From positions 62,001 through 118,880 of the forward strand of contig JAPEUI010000049.1 in the NCBI GenBank assembly GCA_026025075.1: DNA of 56,880 nucleotides, read 5' to 3'. This stretch comes from Vezdaea acicularis. Taxonomy: Eukaryota. The translations under genes were made by a program, and so were the position numbers. The notes below the pieces were generated by a model. That model had not been told where the DNA came from, did not search any database, and saw nothing but the letters and a program-made list of their open reading frames with translations. Of this stretch, positions 50,227 through 56,880 are shown one piece after another (within the stretch, counting starts at the first letter, position 1; every line of letters begins with the position of its first letter).

Positions 50227-51927
50227 ATGGGTTTCAAGGCTCAGCATCTCTGGCAAGCTCCAGAAGTCAACCCTCTCAACTCCAAGGCGAGGTCGATCCC
50301 AGGCCTGAACCCCATCAACAAATATGGGCGAGTCTTCTTCTTCAGTTGGTTTGGATTCATGATCGCGTTTTTGTCATGGTAAGCACTTCTACTGCACCTG
50401 CAAGCCTTCCTTCGCTAATCCGTCCATAGGTACGCGTTCCCACCATTGGTACGTCAAGCCCCCAAAGCAGAATCTCCACGAGTGCCGTATCTCGCGAATG
50501 CACGGACCAAGACCTAACAAAAATTTACAGTTGACCGTCACCATCAAGAAGGATCTCAAGCTCTCACAGAACGAGATTGCGAATTCCAACATCATCGCCT
50601 TGACTGCGACATTACTCGTCCGTGTCATTGCCGGCCCAGCTTGCGATCGTTTCGGTCCCCGCTACACCTTTGCAGGATGTCTCCTGCTTGGTGCTATCCC
50701 CACTGCTCTTGCCGGTACCATCCACAGTGCTACGGGGCTCTACGTTATCCGGTTCTTCATCGGCATCCTCGGTGGTAGCTTCGTGCCCTGCCAGGTTTGG
50801 TCGACGGGATTCTTCGACAAGAACGTCGTTGGAACCTCCAATGCCCTGACAGCTGGCTTCGGTAACGCTGGCGGCGGGATCACATAGTGAGTACCTCATC
50901 ACCCGTGCATATCAATAGGGAAGCTTAGTTGACATTCTCATCACCTAGCTTTGTCATGCCTGCCATCTTTGACTCTCTCGTTCGCCGAGGAGAGCGCCCT
51001 CACAAGGCGTGGCGGGTCTCCTTCGTCGTTCCTTTCATCATTATCACGGCCGTGGCTGTTGCTCTCCTTCTCCTCTGCCAGGACACCCCCAACGGCAAAT
51101 GGAGTGAGCGCCAAGTGAAGACCGAGCAGAATATTGCTCAGGTGGTTGATGTCCCCGGTGGCGCCATCGGTGATCACAAGCCGTCTGTCTCTGGATCAGA
51201 GTCTCCGTCTAGCGTCCACAAGGGCATTGATGACAAGGAGGCTCAGACCGGCACCGGTACCATCGCCATAGTCGAGGAAACCAAGGGAGAGGTGATCCAG
51301 AAGCCGACATTCAGAGAAGCCTTCAAGGTTGCCTCTTCACCGCAGACGCTCGTGGTCATGTTCTGCTACTTCTGCTCCTTCGGCGCGGAACTTGCCATCA
51401 ACTCTATCCTCGGATCATACTACGCCAAGAACTTCCCGAAGCTCGGACAGACCGGATCGGGCAACTGGGCTGCCATGTTTGGTCTTCTCAATGTCCTCTT
51501 CCGCCCCCTCGGAGGCATCGGATCCGATTTGATCTATCGAAACACTAAGAACCTGTGGCTGAAGAAATCTCTTATCCATTTCTTGGCCGTCCTCACTGGC
51601 TGCTTCCAGCTGGCGATCGGTCTCAAGGACTCGCACAACACGCACACCATGTTCGGTCTCATCGCGGGCATGGCCTTCTTCCTCGAAGCCGGCAACGGTG
51701 CTGTGTTCTCGCTCGTCCCCCACGTCCACCCGTACGCCAACGGGATCGTCTCTGGGTTCACGGGCGCGACCGGCAACCTCGGCGGGATCATCTTCGCGAT
51801 CATCTTCCGGTACCATGGGAAGAACTACGGCAAGGCCATCTGGATCATCGGCTGCATCACCATCGCCATCAACCTAGCGATCGTCTGGATCCGACCCATT
51901 CCCAAGAACCAGATTGGCGGGCACTAG
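50227..51927 (+). CDS. High-affinity nitrate transporter (NRT2/NNP family, CrnA/NrtA-NrtB-like MFS)
   Basis: [25 protein letters not shown]|, CDRFGPR, nitrate signatures [10 protein letters not shown] and [18 protein letters not shown]. Introns 50379-50429, 50449-50530, 50887-50948, with a 19-nt micro-exon at 50430-50448. Confidence 0.95.
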
Positions 51928-52365
51928 GGGCGTTTTGACATTCCGGCGTTTGGGACGGAGTGGGGCGGTATGGTGCGGCGATACCCTCGAAAGGGCGGGA
52001 TGTTGCCTACACACAATGTCCATGTATTTACGTAAAGAAGCAAATGAAAAGCCATGCTTGACACTGTCATGTACCTGCTGTCCACTCTGCCGTGAACCTA
52101 GCGTCTGCCGCGCATTGATATCCCGCTCGCCCCCAAAACAGACCGATGGGGCGGTGTGCACCATTGAGTTTGAGGTTCGAGGTGGGTTGATAATCATTGC
52201 GTCCGACAGACGGGATGTCCCGGCGACCGGTGCGCGCATTGCTCAATGACATTCGAGTCTGATCTGAGCCCGTATATCATCGGTATGCGGGCGGTACCGC
52301 AAGGAGCATAAGCCGTGCATCCGGCAACCCTCCTCTGGATCGCACTTCGCTTCCGACCCACGCGC

Positions 52366-52427
52366 CAGGACACCGACCGGCCACCAGCAGGACCCCGACA
52401 GGACACCGACAGGACACGAGCAGACAG
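52366..52427. repeat. 11-bp minisatellite (CAGGACACCGA) x ~5.5
   Basis: caggacaccga ccggccaccag caggaccccga caggacaccga caggacacgag cagacag. Confidence 0.75.
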
Positions 52428-52881
52428 TGATGCGCCCTCGCCCTCTTGATTCGTGGCCCCACCGCGCTGGCAACCGGGAGCGCCCCCCCCGGTCGTGCAG
52501 CCCACGCACCCGCTGCGCTGGATCCTTTAAGAGGCCGGCAGCCACCCCACCGGCGGTGCCGTTCCCAAGACTCGGGATGGTGACGGTCTGCTGGGAACAA
52601 TAACCCTCCACAATTCCCTGGCCCCCTTTGGTGTTCCCCATCGACTTGCCCTCTCTCTCTGGGGCAGTTTCTTTCGTTTTTGAAGGTGCCGTCGTGTCGT
52701 CCTACGTCATCGGTCATTTCTCTTTGTGCGCGGCATCGGCGCCTTTGGACTGCGCGGTAGCTTCTTCTTCTTCTTCACCGCCAAAGGAAAAGGGCTCGCT
52801 TAGCTGCTTGCCCCGGCTTTTTGGGGAGCTGTCAACCTGGTGAAGTGTGACTCCGTTCTTTTGCATTCACTCCACCTTGCC

Positions 52882-54800
52882 ATGGCGACCACCAGCGACT
52901 TCCTCAATACGGTGGTGGCGAGTCCGGAGCCGGAGGAGAGTGAGGACAGTATCACGCATGTTGGAAGCTATATCGAGCCGGATGTGAGCATTGCAGCCCT
53001 CTCTCTCGCCACAACACCCGCCGATGTGGGGGCTTGGCGGGTCCGTGCTTTCGGGAAGGCGAAGCTGACGGCCCATGGTACTGCAGAACTCTGAGCAGCG
53101 TGATTCCGACAACGAACTGTACGTATCCAGCTGTCGCAGATATCCATGGAAGCAATTGCTGTGGATCCGAACGCGAGAGAAAAGTGCTGATGGCGTTGAT
53201 AGATTAGATACCGAGACGCTGTACTCCGACCTACTGCGCTACCCGGTCGAGAATGGGCGGAGATACCACAAGTACCGTGAAGGGAGTTAGTCCACCCCCA
53301 TTGAACCAGATTCGTGGGCCTTGTTGGCTGATCAGGAACAGCATATGTATTCCCCAATGACGACGTAAGTCCTCTACGTGCCGGTCCTCAAGTATCAAGG
53401 CTGACAACAGCGAGGTAGAGCGAATCCGAGCGGCTCAACTTGCAGCATTTCATCCTGGAGAAGCTGTTCGGCGGCCGCGCCCACTTCGCTCCGCTCCAAG
53501 ATCCCAAGAAGATCCTCGACATCGGCACCGGCACCGGCCTATGGGTGCTCGACATGTCCGAGATCTACCCCGACGCCGAGATCGAGGGCACCGACTTGAG
53601 CCCCATCCAATCGACATATGTGCCGCCGAACGTGCGCTTCGTGATCGATGACGCGAACGAGGAGGACTGGCTGCATCCGCCTGAAACGTTCGATTTCATC
53701 CATACGCGCATGATGATCGGGTGCTTCCACGACTTTGCCGGCATCATCCGGAAGTCGTACAAGTATCTGAAGCCGGGCGGGTGGTTGGAATCACAGGTCA
53801 GTAGCAGCCCGACGACCCCATCATCTGTTCTTGTGCACCATCTCTCTTAGACTCCCTTTTTCTCGGTTTCCATCACCCTTGCCCTTCCGGCTGACTGATC
53901 GCTCCGCTAGGAAATCTACCCTGTTCTCTACAGCGATGTCCGCCCCCTCCCCGCCGACTTTCCGCTCGTCGAATGGAATGAAAGGACGCATGAGGCATCC
54001 ATGAAATACGGCACGCCATTCCGCACCGCCAACAAGCTGAAGATGTGGTACGAGCGCGCCGGCTTCGTCGACGTACGTCCCCCCTTCCTTTTCCCTCCCC
54101 ACCCCCTGCTCACTATACCCTCACCCCTCCTCACATCCCACTGAAAACTCCTTTTCCACAGGTCCACGAAGAAATCCTCAAAGTGCCCATGAACCCCTGG
54201 CCCGCGGACTCGCACTACAAAGAAATCGGGCGCATGAGCGAATACAACCTCCACCTCGGCGTCCAAGGCTTCACCCTCGCCCTCTTCTCCCGCGTCTACG
54301 GCTGGACCAAGAACGAAATCGAGGTCTACCTCGTCAACGTCCGCAAGAGCATCAGCGACCGCTCCGTCTGCGCTTATCATCGCTGCTATGTCGTTTGGGG
54401 CCGTAAACCCGGCGTTGGTGAGAGTGTGGCACAGGAAGGGAGTCCCAGTCGGAGCCAGCGGCCGTCGCAGCCGTCGTCGGGGAGGGCACAAGCGGGGGGA
54501 GAGGCCGAGGGACAGCCGACTAGAGATGGGATGGGCAGGGTGTATGATCATCAGGCGAATCCGGCGGCGCAGTTGGCTTATCGTGAGCCGCTTCCCCCGT
54601 CTTCCGCCTCTTCCGATCACCCATATCACTCCCCCTCCTCGGCGAGGCAGACGCAGTCGCAGACGCAGCAGCCAGGGCAGTACCAGCAGCAGGGTGGAAA
54701 GAGAAAGTCTACGACGTCGCCCGAGATGGTCGAGTTGGATGTCGCGGCGCGCGGGGATGTTGCCCTGCCTCCTGGAATCGGGGAACTGGGACGGGAGTGA
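52882..54800 (+). CDS. LaeA-like (Methyltransf_23) SAM-dependent methyltransferase with disordered C-terminal extension
   Basis: ENGRRYHKYREG|.YVFPNDD|.ESERLNLQH, ILDIGTGTGLW, GTDLSPIQ, PPNVRFVIDD, FDFIHTR, LKPGGWLE, VVWGRKP. About six introns. Confidence 0.88.
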
Positions 54801-55112
54801 GTAAAGGGGGGGTTAAAGGGGAGTAGTGGGGGAGAGTAAAGGGGTTAGGGGAGGATTCAAGGGAGAGAGGGGGGAAGGGGTATGGAGAGGCTTTCTTTCT
54901 TTCTTTCATAGCTGGTGGTAGCGCGTTAGTTAGGCATCGTATTGCACTGCACAGTACTGCACTGCACAGCGCCGGACCGGGCGGGTGGGATATTCTTCTT
55001 CTTTCTTTCTAACTATTCCGTTCTCGTTTTTAGATAATCAGAGAAATACCTACACCCGCCCTTCCCCACCTAGGCCGCGTCCCATCCCCCATCCCACCTA
55101 AACAAACCCCAC

Positions 55113-56880
55113 TCATCCCCTAATCTTATACCGCCCCCCCACCATCTCCAACCTCTCCTCATTCACCATCCCAGCAAGCCACTCCCTCAACTCCTCCGAC
55201 GAGCAAGGCAAGCCCCCCGGAAGGGCGAACTGGAGCATACTCACGATGGCCTGGAGAGGCATGGGCCCGCGGTTCGTGAGCATGCCCTGGATGAACTGCC
55301 AGGTGATGCGCAGACGGTCGTGGGCTAGGTCGTCGGCGGGGCGGAGGGCGCTGATGGTTGTTGTTGTTGTTGGGGGGATAGTAGTGGTGGAGGGAGGGGG
55401 GGGAGAGGAGGGGGAATAGGAGGGAGAGAGGGTTTCGATGACGGAGTAGGATGGGGGATCTGAGGAAGGGTGGGCGCGGAGGACGCGGCGGGTGGTCCAG
55501 AAGGATAGGGCGGCGTGGAGGAGGGGGGGGGGCATGGAGAGGCGGGCGGTGAGGGTTGGGACGCTGAGGGTTTTGGGGGGAGTTGGTTCGCTGGTGGTGG
55601 TGGTGGTGGGGGGTTGGTCGTCGTCGTCGTCGCCAAAAGCGTAGATGACGCTGGCTTGCCAGGGGGTGACGACTTCGGAGATGCGGCGGTCGGCGAGGTC
55701 GAGCTCGACGGAGACGGAGCCGAGCATGTTCAGCCAGGAGAGCTTGCGCGAGGCCTTGAGCGATTCGAAGCCGGCTTCGTAGGAGGCTTGGAGGGCGGTG
55801 ATGGCGGGGGGGATGGTGAAGGGTTCGTTGTGCAGGGAGGGCCAGAAGAGGCGGGAGAGGATCTTGGCGTGGATGGTAGGGGGCGCTTGTTGGTGGGTGG
55901 GGTTGGGGGTTGGGCCGGATTTGGTCTGGTCGAGGCGGATGGAGGCGTCGATCCGTTTCGAGTCGGATATGTCCCGTAGCATCACCATGCAGGCCTGCAG
56001 AGCGCCTTCGTCGAAGCGGAGTTTGAGGAGCTCGAGGATGCGCGTCTGGTGGGGGGGGGGTTAGTGGAGTAGAGGGAAGATGGAGGAAAAAGGGGGGCCT
56101 TGCCTCTTTCTGAAGATCAAAGTCTTTCTGAAGGAGTCGCTCACCCATCACGTCTTGGAATTCTTGGATGAAGACGTCTTTGGGGTCGAATAGACTGATG
56201 ACGCTGCCGATGACATCGGAACTCTTTGATCTTTTGTATTCTGGTGGATTCGTCAGCGAGGATAATCACTGTGATTAGCAGATGAGCAGACGTACCAGGC
56301 CCAGTGTCGATTGGGTCAGGCACCCAACGCATGTCGTCCCAGTCGAGGTCCGCACTATCATCTACCCCCTGTCCCGCGAATTCAGCTGCTCTGCTCAATT
56401 CACGTGCAAGTTCGACGAGCACTTCTCCGCTTGACTCTATTGCATCTCCGTCTTCGTCTTCGGTATCTGCGACCATACCAGCAACAACCACTTTAACCGC
56501 GTCTTCTCTGTCCCGCAGATAGCGGCGGATTGGCCGTGCTACACGGTCTAAGAGGACACCTTTCGGATCTAGCAGACCGAAAGATCGAATGAGCGCAATG
56601 TAAACCTTTAATATCTGAAAGGTAGACGCTCCCGGATGCAGCAATCGCCTGGATAACACGCCCGTGAAGGACGTAGTCAGGTATGTCCTCGTGGCTGGCG
56701 ACGTAATATATGCCTATGGTCCATCGTTAATGACCGCACCAGCTCAACAAAAGTGACTCTGTACCTTGAGGTCCTCCATAGCCCCTTTGCTCTCATCCCA
56801 ATCAACAACGACATCAAACAACTCTTCAACTCGTAACCGGCCAAGCCGCTCCATCCCCATCTCCTGCCACTTCACAACAT
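55113..56880 (-). CDS. APC2: Anaphase-promoting complex subunit 2 (cullin-like), C-terminal part (runs off the right edge)
   Basis: RRLLHPGAST, LDPKGVLLDRVARPIRRYLRDREDAV, WVPDPID, VMLRDISDSKRID, ILSRLFWP, LSWLNMLGSVSVEL and the C-terminal WHB domain. Confidence 0.92.

Noticed and set aside
50227..54800. Secondary-metabolite cluster around the MFS transporter and LaeA-like methyltransferase
   Set aside because: The transporter is nitrate-specific and no backbone enzyme (PKS, NRPS or terpene synthase) is present.

Overview
Gene-dense, intron-containing eukaryotic DNA from a filamentous ascomycete (Pezizomycotina; short GT-AG introns with CTRAY branch points). About 21 protein genes, mostly housekeeping: partial neurofibromin/Ira-type RasGAP (not in the ORF track), TOP2, a Gyp5-like Rab-GAP, an orphan, PKR1, SmD1, MTQ2, an Rpn4-like C2H2 factor, a divergent H4/H3 pair, LCP5, a TM9SF/EMP70 protein, an ABM-like protein, a KH-domain protein, a CENP-K-like protein, a Cys-rich secreted orphan, GUP1, ARP4, an unknown coiled-coil protein, a NRT2 nitrate transporter, a LaeA-like methyltransferase and partial APC2. 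No rRNA, tRNA, transposase or CRISPR was recognised. The standout non-genic structure is at ~47215-47972: six copies of a ~62-bp dyad-symmetric element, ACGCRAAA-N10-CACGTG-N14/15-CACGTG-N~10-TTTYGCGT. Motif spacing is fixed although the intervening bases have diverged, and the array lies in a 4.7-kb interval with no recognisable gene. It is a candidate sequence-defined chromosomal element (centromere-like, CDEI/Cbf1-type) or a phased bHLH enhancer. Other leads: a possible in-frame retained intron in RPN4, histone H3 S28A, and alternating C-rich/G-rich strand-skew blocks running through coding sequence. Gene identities are from recognised motifs, not database searches.
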